A DNA stretch of 64,000 nt, taken from positions 126,856-190,855 of the forward strand of contig DF237066.1 in assembly GCA_000708835.1 (NCBI GenBank). Direction: 5' to 3'. The translations under genes were made by a program, and so were the position numbers. Shown one piece after another: positions 21,001 through 43,118 of this stretch (its first letter is position 1; the number at the start of each line of letters is the position of its first letter). This stretch comes from Klebsormidium nitens (Eukaryota; Plantae; Klebsormidiophyceae). Under the pieces are notes generated by a model. That model ran no database searches, was not told the DNA's origin, and saw only the letters and a program-made list of their open reading frames with translations.

Positions 21001-24000
21001 CGGGAACATGGATGGAGTAGGCAAGATTCCTGACGCGGAAGACCGACTCACATGCAAACAGGATTTTACCGCTGTCTCGGCAGGACGGAAAGTTGGCAAG
21101 GCGACGAAAAGAGACTAAAGGAGTATGCCGTAGAAACGTGCTGCGCCAGAATGACTCACTTTGAAGGGAAGGCCGATGAAGGAGAGAGTGGGCGCAGTCC
21201 CGACGTGGAAGACTTGCTCGTACACGGGGTGCACTCGCTGGTCCTCCGTAGAAACTAGACCGGATTCCAGAAACGAGAATTCGTATACGTACCTGTGGGA
21301 ACGCACATCCTATTAGCAGAGAGCATAGCTTATGCCGAAGCATGGTTTAAAGAAGGATATATTATCGCTACAGCGTCCGGTCCCTTTCAGACAAGTTTCT
21401 GTTGTTGGAGATGTAATCAAAGGACAAGGAAGCACGCATTAGGTGCGCGCTCTCGATTGAATCAAAGGTGGGAAAGTGGCTACATGATTTAGGCCCTTTT
21501 GGAAAATGAGTATGAGTCCGGATCGACCTGAAGCATCCTTCGGGAAACAGATCCTCCCTGTTATACCCTTGAAGCCAAGCTCAAAACCCACAGCAAGTCC
21601 TCGTTGTAGCCAGCGAGCCTGATGGAAGTGATAAAAAGCAGACCAGACCGGTGCAGGTTAGTCTCCGACCATTGCGTTCGAAAGAAGGAGTCAAACGTAT
21701 CACGCAGCTTTTGGGCTCGGCAGGGACCCAAGTTGCGGCTGAGTAACGTTACAGTCGAGGTGACGTCACTGGCTCGGGATGCAGTTGCAGTTCAGATGAG
21801 GACAAAAGGGAAACTGATCAGAGGAAGGTTTCGATCCTTCGACCTGTGGATTATGAGCCCATCACGCTTCCAGCTGCGCCACTCTGATGGATTGAACAGA
21901 TCGTCGCAAGCTTTTCACTTAGACGAGCAACTTGCAGTGATCAGTGCCTGTACGTCACTTTTTCTTTCCGGACCGGTTGGGGGCACACTGCGATCCGTGT
22001 AAGATCGAAGCATGAAGACAAACAGGGCACTCTGAAGAACAAGGGGTTCTCAATTGCAACCTACCACCTCGCAGTGAGCGGATGCAAAATTTGGTAGAGG
22101 CATCTTCTAGTGGACAGAAGGGCAAAAGGGAGCCAGAATCGTGCGACGCCCTTTGTTCTAGCTTTGAAGCGCGATTGAACAGCGGACAGGGCAAATGGTG
22201 CTAAAGTAAACGGACAAAAAACTGGGGAAAGAGTGGCGCGTAAAAGTGTCGGCGGCCGGTTTTGAATCGACGAACTTGGAGAAGATGCATCGATTCTTCG
22301 CGCGTAAGCGCAGTGTTTCATTGCTACACCGACAAATGGTAATGGGACGCAGAATCTCATGTACGAGTCGCTCGACGGAGGTAACGTCACGTAACGTCAC
22401 GTGACGTCACCTCTGCACACATCGACCCGCTGATGAAACACTCCTCTGAGGAACAGCGAGAATTATCTTTTTGCCCTCCTTTTCGCCAAGGCGCCCCAGC
22501 ATCCTTCTGAAGGTTTCCTCGCGCGATAGGTTCTGAACAAAGCGATGATGCGGGCGATACAATTTGAACAGAGACATTCTTGCAGCGGTCCAGACCGAGG
22601 TTCCAAGCGCGCTCACCCGGTACAGTGGATGATGACGTCCGCAACGACTCGGCTGCCGTCAGCGAACTCGAGACTCCCATCAGGATACGCACGCGTGACC
22701 TGCCGAGGAAAGGGAAACGTCTTGTCAAGCAAACTGCGTTTCTGCCAGGATCTCAAAAGATATTGGGCTCATACAAGTAGCCGGAAGTGGGAGATCAGGG
22801 ACCAATAGCATACGTCTTCAAGGCGACAATTTTTCAGCCATGTTTGAAGCCAAAAATTGCCTATCGACCGGGTCTGCGTTTGCAGGTTTGGTAGACCGAA
22901 TTCTCGGCATGGTGCCGACAAAATCGATATAGGAAAGCGGCTCCTTAAACTCATTAAATTCACCACGGGTCTCGGATGCAGGATCGGGTTGTGTTTGCTG
23001 CGGCTCAAGCTCCCAGCTCAGTGCCGACAAGTAAACACAAGGAACGGCTCCTTCTGTTGTTCCAACGAAACAGCCTGAAAGGTATGGATGCAATTTGATT
23101 CCAGATCGTAGTAACCTAACCCACCACGAGTTTTCGGTGCAAGTTCGGCGGGATTTGTCGCGGCTCGTCTTTGCCGCTCCGCGCCAGAAGGAAGAAGGCG
23201 AAACGGTTCCTTCAATGTTTTAGCCCCATAAAACATCATTGAAAGCTAGAATTAGTTCCAATAACCCAACCCACCACAAGTTTTCGGTGCAGGGTGGGCG
23301 GGGTTTGTCGCGGCTCGTCGTTCCAGCTCCGCGCCAAAAGGACGTAGGCGAAACGGTTCCTTGAAGGAAACAGCCCCAAAAAACTGCCATCAAAACCAGA
23401 TCTTAGTAACCTAACCCACCACGAGTTTTCGGTGCAGGTTCGGCGGGGTTTGTCGCGGCTCGTCTTTCCAGCTCCGCGCCGAGAGGTACACCTCGGAGCA
23501 GTGCTCTGCGAGCTCCCGGGAAATGTCCTCTCCGCTTGCAAATGCGCCGATCAGGACCACGGTCTGGCCGGCGAACGGGCCGGGGGTCCGGTAGTTGTGG
23601 CTGTGGAGCTGGCGACCCGGCCAAGAGGCGATGCCTGCAAAATGTGTGAAACTTTCGGGTTTGGAAAGTCTGCACTCTAATTCCCGACTTGGTGTTTTCT
23701 TGACGGGGGTTGTTTGACTGTGGCTGTGGAGCTAGGCCTGTTTACTGTAGACTGCTTTACCGGTTTGAATTCTGACTTGGAGACTTTTCGAGAGTCGGGG
23801 CTGTCATAACCCAGAGTTTAAAGCCAGGTTCTGGGTTTTAGGCTAGTGCATCAGCCGTCTCCAGGTGTTAGAGATACAGCTAAGTCGGATTGCACAGAGG
23901 GAGATATGTTACATATGGCGCTTTATAAAGCATGAGCTGCTTTTATGCATACCGGCCAAGGCAAAACGGCGTGCTTTCTTTTTCAGGCAGGCTCGAGCAG

Positions 24001-26230
24001 AGACTCATGCCACCGCAAACTTTAGAGTCGCATCAAGCCAGGATTGTTTTGATACGCAAAGACAAGCTGCAAAAATACAAGTGCCCACTCTTCGGATCTT
24101 GATTTACTACGCAGCTCCTTTCTGGTCCTTTCCAAGACAAGCTGACTCCCGTGTGCCGAGAGTCAATCAAGACAACAGGACTCACCTTCGATCGTTGCTA
24201 GCTTAGGCTGCGAGTAATGCCCGTTGCAAACAACAACCGCATCAAACTCCGTTGTATCGCAAGCCCAGTTTTCCGATGAGGAAGCCGTTCGAGTGACTAC
24301 CTCCCATAGGGGTTGTTGGACGGACCCGTACTGATTGGTCTTCTCGGGCAGTCTGGAGACGCGTAGGACTTGGGTGCCGAAGCGTATGTGGCGGCTGCGA
24401 GAGGAGGAGAAGTGTCAGGCAAGTGCCAGGGGAAAGCACTACCGTCCTTTCAACAGTAGAACCTCTTTTCAAGTATTTCGATAGAAATGGGTACTGCTCT
24501 AGAGAGACTTACCGGAGCGACGAGCATGGCAAGGAAGACGCACGCAGGTGCTGAAGCCTCCGGAACTGTCAGATTGTTTCAAAGGAGCAATTGATCTAGA
24601 GACAGGGAACAATCCCGGAACATCGTCCTCCTTACATTTGACAATCAAGCGCTCTTCCAACGTTTGGACACCTTTCAATATGTGAGTCCGCCATTGACGG
24701 TAACCATATGAAAGAAAAGCAAAGCAAGGCTTATACAGGTTCCTGTCAGAATGGAAACCACAGTTGGGAAAATGAATGGCCAAAAGTTGACAGGTAGTTG
24801 CTCACTGGAGGTCAAAGTGACGTGCGTAGTCGCGCAGGTACGCTTGCACTTCCTGATGGGAGCAGAAGCGGCGATCGTCGCGCCCGGGCTCGCCACTTGG
24901 CACGAAGGGATAGGCCGCAAAGCTCATGATCTCGCGGGGGAGGTTGGTGCGCAGGGATGCGTACATGCTGCAGGAAACGTTTCAGATGTGTTATGAGCAC
25001 TTTCTCTCTCATTTCCCCCAATCTTTCCACCCCCGCAAAATCTCCTCTGCTGCTCTTTTATTCTTACATTGTACTTCTTCCAATGGCCCTTCACACTTGG
25101 ACTCATACTGACCAGCTATAGATGGTGAGTTTCTTGAAACCCTGGTTATGTCACTGTTGTTATTTTTGCAATATCTGGACTTGAAACGATTGGACTACTG
25201 CCTGGTTTGAGGCCCCTCCTGGACTTTCCAAATGTTCTCTTCACAACTACTCTATAACCTTCGTTTCTGCAAGCTTTCTCCGAATCACCAGCCATCGTCT
25301 TTTCCTGATTCCTTGGCCATATCTTTTCGGCAGAATATTCTTCTGCAGGTGACAATCCCCACTGACATGTTGAATATGGTAGGAGTGTTCTGTGGATAAC
25401 TTTTTGTGCGCCACTTCTTTCTGAAAGCCTGATCCTGCCATTTCTGTTGTCAATGCCTGATCCTGCCGTTTCTGTTGTCAAAGCCTGATCCTGCCGTTCT
25501 TTCATTGAAGCCTGATTGACACCGAAGCGTTCAGGGTCACCCACCTGCTGTGTACCTTCTTCCTGTCCTCTCGGATCCCAAGTGGATCATCGTCTGTGTC
25601 TGGATCATATTTCCACACCCCACCAATGTCCTCATTCTACATGCGAAAGAGACAGATTGGCCGTTAGGATCTTTCAAAAGGGCAGAGAACGCTGGGTGCC
25701 AATAAGAATAAGCTTTTCATGTCCCATACAGTTCCAGCAGAAAGCGTGTACGCGTGTCTGAACGGGACTTTGCCAATCGAAGATGCTAATGCTGACCCTA
25801 TAGAGGCTTTTTTTCTTCCACCAGAAGAACTTTTAAGCTGGTCTCTGAGGCCTCCTATCTAAAGTCCAAAGGAAGGTACGTACCGGGAAATCACAAAGAG
25901 GTGGTTGTGCCTGCCCCCCAAAAGCAGTCTCCTTTAGACTCTCCTTAATGCTGACGTCTGCGTTTGAAAGCTTGGCGGTGGTGATATGTCTGAAAGGGAG
26001 TCAGAAGACTTCACAAACCATCTTCTTCTTGTGTACATTTCAGAAAGTGCGCAAGAAGTTGCTGAAGGACACAGCATTCTCACCTGTTCGAATGCCGTCA
26101 CTTGATGCCCTTCCTCTCTGAGCTCTTTCAAGGCCACCAGCCCCGCCGCCCCAGCCCCAATCACACAAACTGAGCGCGACACACGCGTCTTTTGCCCTTC
26201 CTTGCCATTTGCAGCAACATCCACCGTCAT
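18051..26230 (-). CDS. Flavin-containing monooxygenase (plant FMO GS-OX-like clade), 9 exons: 26230-26084, 25636-25545, 24967-24806, 24394-24186, 23634-23420, 22699-22617, 21292-21160, 19419-19246, 18278-18051
   Basis: Spliced translation contains the FAD motif VCVIGAGAAGL, IGGVWKY, HSSMYASLRTNLPRE, DAVVVCNGHYSQP, the FMO signature WPGRQLHSHNYR, the NADPH-motif variant VLIGAFASGEDI, HCTGY and NYRDEW. All introns are GT-AG with consistent phases. Confidence 0.92.
18955..20330 (-). repeat. Degenerate tandem copies of the FMO exon-8 junctions (about 5-6 acceptor-side, 2 donor-side)
   Basis: gtgacgtcaccag|gt(g/a/c)tc(c/t)ccg(t/c)tgcc..tgttcgag recurs with exon-like starts at 19419 (real), 19579, 19731, ~19880 and ~20039. 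Exon-end copies ...tacacgcacgagatgagcagaac at ~19085-19165 and ~18960-19050. Confidence 0.85.
23030..23420 (-). repeat. Two extra tandem copies of the FMO exon-5 3' end plus donor (units 145 and 150 bp)
   Basis: SARSWKDEPRQTPPNLHRKLV|gtgggt (real, ends 23420) is repeated as LARSWNDEPRQTPPTLHRKLV|gtgggt (ends 23275) and LARSGKDEPRQIPPNLHRKLV|gtgggt (ends 23125). Confidence 0.9.
25427..25516. repeat. 28-bp tandem repeat, about 3.3 copies, in FMO intron 2
   Basis: gcctgatcctgcc(a/g)tttctgttgtcaa starts at 25427, 25455, 25483 and (partial) 25510. Confidence 0.85.
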
Positions 26231-27090
26231 TGTACAGATTCTGCTTCTCCGCTGTATGCTGTGCAACACAAAACAACCTGGCACGAAAGGATTGACGAAT
26301 GCAGGTTGCGAAAAAGTGGAAAGATGTGGCTGTAAATGCTGGAGTGCTTTTGCATGAAAGTTGCAGCTGCCTTGCAGAATGCTGGCCCTATCGATGTGTG
26401 CAAGCGCTGCTGTCCTCATGTTGCTTGCACAAACTCAAAACTGAGAGCTTTTGGCCTCCTGAGAAATTGCCCCCAAATCAAGCTAGGGAACTCCCTTGGA
26501 AAAATGCGGCCATTCCCTGCTTTGCCGCATGCGGGCTAGCCCCTTATATTACTCTGGAACGTGCATTTTGGGGAATTTTGCAGCTTCTATTCCAGATCAG
26601 ATGCTACCCCTCGACTACCTACTGTAGCTATTGTAGATTGCTAATAGAAAATCAAAAATGAAATGCAAATTGGACGTATCTGGATTCTGGACGGATCCCT
26701 TGATTTTATATGCCCAGACATTTTGGTCATGTCCGCTGCAATATATTGACATTGCACGAACACCCAACTCAGAAACTCGCATTGTCTGAAAGACTCTGAA
26801 GCTTCTCTTGTGCCAGTACTGGCAGCTTATGTGAGTTTTAGAATGGTTCATTCAACTTCAAAGTCATGGGCGCCCTGATTTCAGAATGCAGCAAGAAAAG
26901 CTCTCCAGATCATCCTTGGAACTCATTGGCATGCGGGGTGGAGTACGAGGATGCCACGTTTCTCACTCATAGATCTTTCAGTCAAAACCCACGTCTGTGC
27001 CTAGGCGGCGTTCACCTCTACCCCTACCTCTATCTCTTGAGTGAGAACCAATGAGGTCACTCTCTGCAGCGGTGCTTGGTGACTTGCAAC

Positions 27091-27453
27091 ATGAGCGATG
27101 GCGACACATGGTTTGGAACAGACAAATTCCAGCACTTTTTCGCAGTCTTCTGCATCACTAGCGCAGCCATCATGTTGGCGAGCAGGCTCCACATTATCGT
27201 TCGCTGGCGCTTTGTCATTGGTGCAAGTGTGGGCTTCCTGGTCTCTGCTGCAAAAGAGATTGGTGACGAGCTTCACCTTTGGTATGGAAGGGCGTCACTT
27301 AGGGACGGGGTCGCTGATGCTATGGGAATCGCCTCGGGGGTTGCTGCGTATGGTCTCGTTGAGCACTGGTGGTCGAGCAGGTCCGCTCGTAAGAGAATCG
27401 CTGTCATCATGGAGAAATATCAAAGGACAACGTCGTCCCTGGAGATGGTTTAG
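27091..27453 (+). CDS. Small membrane protein, YfiM/DUF2279-like (DKxxH ... KExxD ... SxxDxxAD motifs)
   Basis: 120-aa ORF MSDGDTWFGTDKFQHFFAV...AAKEIGDELHLWYGRASLRDGVADAMG with hydrophobic helices. A likely 5'UTR intron acceptor (ctctgcag) ends at 27069. Confidence 0.72.
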   Translation: MSDGDTWFGTDKFQHFFAVFCITSAAIMLASRLHIIVRWRFVIGASVGFLVSAAKEIGDELHLWYGRASLRDGVADAMGIASGVAAYGLVEHWWSSRSARKRIAVIMEKYQRTTSSLEMV

Positions 27454-30443
27454 GTGGATCAAAACCATTCCATGTGGGCTTAGGTGGTTACTAACCAGGT
27501 CTGGTTAGCTGTGCATTGAACCACTGCGATAGACTGGTGGTGGAGCTCCAGGCAGACTGACAAGTGAGTGCTTAGCATACCTCACTCCCTAGGACACTCG
27601 CTCTTATTTTGGAAGAAGCTTCTTATATTCCTCTTGTACTAAGGGCCCTACGGACAGTTCGTTTCCATTGGCTGCTTAGAAGGATCCTGCTTCCTGGTCT
27701 ATCGTCGTCTTGTGAAACGTGCTCTCTAATTGAGGATGCAGTCCTTTTGAACAGTATGCGGCCTGGGATGCTGCCTTTTACAGTCTTGACCACCTCCAAT
27801 CACTCAATATTTGAGTTGCCAAATGAAGTGCCATAAGTCAGAGCGGCCAGGTGTCCCCTCCTAACTTGTCTGCTCCCCCCTTACTCTGTTGCTCACCCCC
27901 CCAGAATCTTCTTTGTGCTTGTGATACATGATGAGACAGTTCTCTTTTCTTTGACTAGTCAGTGATGGCTCCACCATTGCGATCTGCCGTGCAAGTACTA
28001 CTTGGACTCTCTGTGGATATAAGCTCTCAAAAGACCAGGCTCCTCCCTACTGAGTCGGCTGACTGGGCCCTCAAGACTCCCCTCCTCAATTCAGAACGGT
28101 CTTCTGCGGCGCCAGTTATCCGTGTCTATAAGGTGCTCAAATTGATGAGCCTACTGTTCTGGTTTCAGGAAGACGCGGCCAATGAACCGGCCTGCCATTT
28201 AGGAAAAGGGCACGCACAATCTTCATAGGTGAGCAACTCACTGCCGTTGTTGTACCATCTGATCGATTTAGCCCGGGATCTATGGCATGTCGCTTATGTC
28301 CACTGCAGATGCGCCTTATTAGATTCGCTGCGCCGAAAAAAAGTCTTGCAGAGGAGACAAAACTAACCACTTTGGGAAGGTCAAAGGATCCTAACAGAGC
28401 TCAAACTTGCTGTCGAGGGAGTCATAGACAAGGGAGGTAGGAGTCAAGGCGGACGGCGAGTGGCATCATTGTTCGGTGAAGAAAAGTCCAATCTGTCTTT
28501 CGTTACCCCATTTGAGGATGAAACTTCACCTGAAAAGAAGTCGTGGGAGGCAAGTATCATTCAATAAGCTGCTCGAATCTTGCATTCAATCTGAGATTGT
28601 CCATCGATTGCTCACCTCTGCGTACTCCTGGTCTCTGGTGGTTGATTTTCACAGAGACCTTTGTTTTGGGATTTTCAACGTGCTCGGACATGTCGGAACC
28701 AAGTGTATCACCTGTTCATTTGGCGAATGGACGCATGGTTCCTAGCACGGCCTATTGACAGCCCTTTTGTCAGCTCACAGTATCCACCTTTGTTCGAGGA
28801 ACTTGGGTTCAGAAAACGGACTGCCTCTTTCTCACAAGCTCGCCGCAAGATCACCGCACTTTCTTTCTGTACTTCACTCCGACACTCCAGCCTGGTAGCA
28901 AGCTGGATGAGAACTCTTTCCGTTTTGCCCCAAGGCAAAATGGAGCAACATAGAGTTGCTTTTCTCTTCTCTCTTCAATCACGTCATTTAAGTCGATGCA
29001 CCCTCGCTGCTTGACTATCTTGGCGGTCTACCGCTCTGAACCTAAGATTACTTCGCTGACTTTTGTCCGATGAGTAGGCGGAGTCCGTTTACTTCGTCTC
29101 CAGATTGTCTCATATATGGACGGTGTAGCCAACTTTTGAGCTCCTGTCTCATCATTACGTACACTTAGAACAACACGTACACTTGAGTAATACTTGTGCT
29201 GATCCTGATATTATCAACACAAACTGAACTGGTTTATGTCAGCAACATCAATCCCCATCTGTTGCTACGAGTCTCCGAGTCTGCAATTGGTGCTCGCAGC
29301 TCCAGAGCTGGCTGTTTGCTCATTGGCACTTATAGTAGAAGCTGGTCTAGCAAGCCATGCTCTAGTCAGTAAGGCCCCGTTGGCACCAAAACCATCTATC
29401 GCTTTTCCGCAGACTTATGTATCAATGTGCTGGCAGAATCATCACCATTTCTGTCCGCTTCCCTGCAGATTGAAAGGCTTGGAAGTTTTGGAGCGGATTC
29501 GATTGTGTTTATTGCAGCAGTCGTCCTGACAAGAACAGCCAGCTCCACTCGCTGGTTCAACCAAGTTGCCTCGAAACAAACGTGTGCAACCCTCGACTTG
29601 TGCACATTGGCTACAGATATTTGCGTTGTGGAACGGGTGCCTGTCGACTTTCAATTAGTTTGCATGTAAAGCAAATCGAGTTGTACAATGTGATGAACGT
29701 TGTTATCTTAATCTGGAGTGTGCAGCTAGACACCGTGGCACCATGCATCAAAGTGCATCGCTGAGACGGATGCCATGTGTCTATCGAGTGGTGGCCTTGA
29801 ATCGACGCAATGGTACGTGGCTGGGTCGCTGCGGCCATGCACCTGTCATGCACGTGTATATGCAAGTGTCACTTGCAGGCATGCCAGCACTGTATATGTC
29901 TAGATTACCTATGTACGTCTAGATATGACATCATGGCATGCCAGCATGCCCTGCATGACACTGCGTTCCCATGAGCTGGCGGCTGGCATAAAGAATCGAC
30001 AGCTACGTGTTTCTGGCTGGCGCCGCACTAAGCTAGCTGGCATGTTATGTACCAGGCAGACAACCAGAAATGCAGTTGGCAGGCAATTAAGCAGCCTGAT
30101 CTTGCAATATGTGCAGACTGGAAGCAGGAAGCTTGGCCAAAGGACTACTGCCATGCAAACACAGAGAGAGTTTTTGCCAGCCAACCATAGGCTTCGAGCA
30201 GACTGAATCAGCGTAAAGTGCTTGGCCGTAACCAATGAGTATCCAGCTAGCTCCGACGCAAGGTGCCAAGAAAGACCTGCTCTTGACAACCAGCGCAACT
30301 CCACCACCCACGAAGTTCAACTCGCAAGTGTCAACTCGCCGAAAAGAATCAATGTTATCCTACCAGCACGTCGTGTGCATTACCGCAGTCCTCGCAGGAA
30401 GAGAATCTCTGCCTGCTTGCACCTAAGTTTATTGCTACTTTAT

Positions 30444-34340
<3,897 letters not shown>

Positions 34341-35173
34341 GGCTGCCTCGAACACGAAGAGATCCTTGGCGGAGAAAATTCAAAAGCCGCCCTTTTCCAA
34401 CCTTTTCCCTTGTCAAATATCTTCCAAATTGCAAAAGCTCCTGCAATTTGCAAACCTCCTGCCTTCTTTCAAAAGCAGGTGAATCTTTCCACCCCTTCTA
34501 ACCCAGCCCGAGTTAATCAAGCCGGTTTGCTGACACTCTGAATAGTGAGTGATTATCAAAGGCCTCTGGTGTCAAGGAATCTAGTCGAGGCTGTCCTCAG
34601 TCCTAACCCTATCCTCTCCTATCCATAATTTCTGGCCAGAATTGGGTATCGCAGGTTCGTTCAAACCAGGCTGCCTAACCCAAAGCTCAAAAACTGATTA
34701 AGGCCGTCAGATGATCCAGAAGTTGTCATCGGATGGTCGATGTTAGGGGAAGCGGTTTAGATAGACCTTGGGTCAGGCGGCCAGGTTTGACGAACCTTCA
34801 CTGTGTTGCAGATTCACGCCTTGCTTCGGCTTTGCAAGTCGATCAGGCTTCATGATTCATCTTGGATTTTCACAATTTCAAGTTCTCAGTTACCTCTTGC
34901 ATCTTCAGCTAGGAGTTTACTTTCTCAGTTTCTGCGTGTTTGATATTCGCCTGAACACAGATTAGATAGCCAGCATTACAACTTTTCAGCAAGTGTGTGC
35001 GTGCGCCACCTTGCAAGGTACTTCGAAGATTACGGAGATCGTGCGACTTTATTAGTGCTTTGTACCAAGGGGACCCTGCCCGGACCCTCTCGTGCCAGAT
35101 ATCGAAAGACTAAGTTCACTAAGAAGTTGAGGCAGAATCCTTGACAAGCGTGCTTATCCATTGTAAGAGCGTC

Positions 35174-40505
<5,332 letters not shown>

Positions 40506-41672
40506 GGCTTCGAATTTGAGATCAAAAACGTCAGTCTCAGTCTGTACATAGTTCTTCTGGTACCGAATCTGAATCTAGTCGTGCAGTGGGTTGCACACGT
40601 AAGGTGCGCTGGTGGACTGTTACAACTGGCCGGTGGAAGCACACGCTTATTCAGTTTATGCAACAGGTCTGCCAATCTTAGACGGTATCGTTGCTGCCTT
40701 TCTTGCATCCAAACATGAGGACTGTCCCAGCTTCACCAACAAATTGCGTGGTCTTGGTTAGTTTGTTGCAAGCCTGGAGACTCTAGCTGCAATGATATCA
40801 GCCTACCTGCATATACATGGCCGCTTTTGATCATAGATGCATGCTGGTGTGTGTGGTGGTCTGAAGTCCCGCAAGTGCATGCATGATCATGCTGGCAGAT
40901 GGGGACGCCCCATGCAGGCATGAGCGTATACATAAGCTCACATGGTTGCCTGCATGACTAACTCTGAAGAATCATTGGAGGTTTGCAAGCTTGGTAACAA
41001 ATGCATTTCAAGGCCGGGGCAGCCATATGCATACTTGCTCGTATAACTCATGGCATGTGAGTCTGAGGTGATCGAGGCACCATATCTAGATGAGCTGACG
41101 TCTGATCAGCTTGCTGGCATACGTGTGCCATATGTCCATGTATATATAAACAATTACTCAAATATTATAGGCTCACGTACATGATATGCACCTAATAGTG
41201 TTAGTATGACCTGTCGAATGCATTATACTTGCAATGGACACACACATACTACATGCAGATCGATCTTGCGTTGTCCGGCATAAACACATTTGAGCAAAGA
41301 CTTATCTTGCATGCTAAACCATACTTCTGACCACTGTAAAGGACTCTCTAAATTATGCTCCAACTTATGTACACACGACATGTTGTGTGTCGAGGGACTC
41401 CACTATCATGCCGTTGGCTCATGCCACAGGGCTCAGAGTCATGGCATGGCCGAGCACCTTGCAGCATGATGCTACGTGGCCGATTCAAGGTGCCACGGTG
41501 CTGCCAATCGACCAGAATGCAATGCAGGAAGGCACACTACGATGCAAAGCCCCTTCATTGTTGTCGACATAGACAGCGTCTAGCAGTTGATCCTTGCGAA
41601 TTCCTGAAAACGGTGCTCCCACAATATTGAATATCTGCGAAATGAGATGGCAATTGCAAACTTGCAAACTTA

Positions 41673-43118
41673 CTAGTATAAGAAACTTTGTAGTTCGTCC
41701 AACAAGGCTACGTGTTTTCCTGGTGTGTTAGCTATATCTAGAAGATGTGTAGACGAAACGAACTGAGGGGGTTCCTTGTACTGCACATCGACATGCGGAT
41801 AAGCTCTCTGGAGCTCTACAGCTCTCGTCACCAGACCCTCAATTGGCTTGTGAAGGTTGTCAAGGTTTACTATCGTCTTCTCCAAGTTTGGACAACACAA
41901 TAAGATGGTGGAAAACAACTTGAAGTCCTCCGCTTCGGTCAAGGTGAACTGAACGAGCTTGAGCCTCTTAAATTGCAGAAGGTGTTGCTGCACCTCAGAG
42001 AGTGTGACTTGGTAGAGTTGCAAGCTGGCATTGCCTAGAGATAGCCCATCTATTGTCCTGGGAATGTGGTTCATGAAATTGAAAAGAGACTTCCCTACAC
42101 TTTCTTGGTGCCAGGTTTCCACTTGGAGGTAGAACCGCTTAGAGGCTCCAAATCGTTTCAAAAGATCCATCACAGCATCCATCTGCCAATTGCGTCCACT
42201 CAGACCCAAGATTGACAGCTGAATTTTGCAGGCAGGTGTTTCCAGGACCTCGATCGGACCTTCCAAGAAGAGGTTCTCCAGATTAGGTGCATGTAAAATT
42301 AGCCGCCCAAGTCCAGGAATCCCTTTCAAAGTGGTCAAAGTGGGCGCATCAATAACCACTTCACTGTTGTCTATCTGCATTTCTTGCAAGACTAATTTCT
42401 GAAGGCTTGGAGCCTTGAAGCGCGGTTCTTCTAACCCTTGACAGTGTTCCAGGCAGAGCTTCTTGAGCTTGGGCGAGCGCTCAAGGAGGGTGTGCAGGAA
42501 CTGATCGGAAAGCATTGAGTGTGCTAATCGAACCTCTAGCAATTCACTGAACTGCTGCCTGGTTACAAGTGGCTGAGTGAAAGGAAACTCTGAGCTCATA
42601 AGCCAAAGAGTCTGAAGTGGCAACCTCGCTATAAGCCCAAACAAGTGTTGGCAAGCTTCGTCACTCTGCTTTATCTCAGAGCTGTTCAAGAAAAATGTGC
42701 GGAGCCTGGGCGCCTGCCGAAGAACAGCCGTCAGAAACTCAATCGATGCCCCCGCCGGAAACTGTTCTCTCCACTCATGCACGTAGCTTAGTGTCAGACC
42801 CTCAAGATGAACCCCAAGTTGATTCATCACTGCGGCGGCTGCCAATGGTGCCGCACTGTTCAACTCCCAAACTAGATGCTGAGGCGTCTCTTGTTTGTCC
42901 AAGTTCTGAAAACGTCGGCAGACCGTCTTCAGTTGATGCAAGGCACTCGCCGACAACCATGTCCGATTTGGACCTATCTTCGGAAGCTTTCCTCTCTCTT
43001 GCAAAGTTGAGTAGCTCCTTGCCGAATTCTCACAGGCCTTTCGCAAGATCAAGGTTACCAACTCCTGCGACAGCGTGTCAAAAGGGCACTCGATATTCTG
43101 GCGCCCATTGCCAGCCAT
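41673..43118 (-). CDS. Intronless F-box/LRR (RNI-like) protein, about 481 aa
   Basis: F-box-like start PFDTLSQELVTLILRKA followed by LxxLxL repeats (LKKLCLEHC, LQKLVLQ, LTTLKG, LENLFLE, CPNLEKTIV). Likely ATG at 43118. Confidence 0.72.
   Translation of the reverse strand: MAGNGRQNIECPFDTLSQELVTLILRKACENSARSYSTLQERGKLPKIGPNRTWLSASALHQLKTVCRRFQNLDKQETPQHLVWELNSAAPLAAAAVMNQLGVHLEGLTLSYVHEWREQFPAGASIEFLTAVLRQAPRLRTFFLNSSEIKQSDEACQHLFGLIARLPLQTLWLMSSEFPFTQPLVTRQQFSELLEVRLAHSMLSDQFLHTLLERSPKLKKLCLEHCQGLEEPRFKAPSLQKLVLQEMQIDNSEVVIDAPTLTTLKGIPGLGRLILHAPNLENLFLEGPIEVLETPACKIQLSILGLSGRNWQMDAVMDLLKRFGASKRFYLQVETWHQESVGKSLFNFMNHIPRTIDGLSLGNASLQLYQVTLSEVQQHLLQFKRLKLVQFTLTEAEDFKLFSTILLCCPNLEKTIVNLDNLHKPIEGLVTRAVELQRAYPHVDVQYKEPPQFVSSTHLLDIANTPGKHVALLDELQSFLY

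Noticed and set aside
27960-29700. Scattered splice-like sites and short ORFs downstream of the YfiM-like gene
   Set aside because: I could not join them into a coherent reading frame; probably UTR or intergenic DNA.
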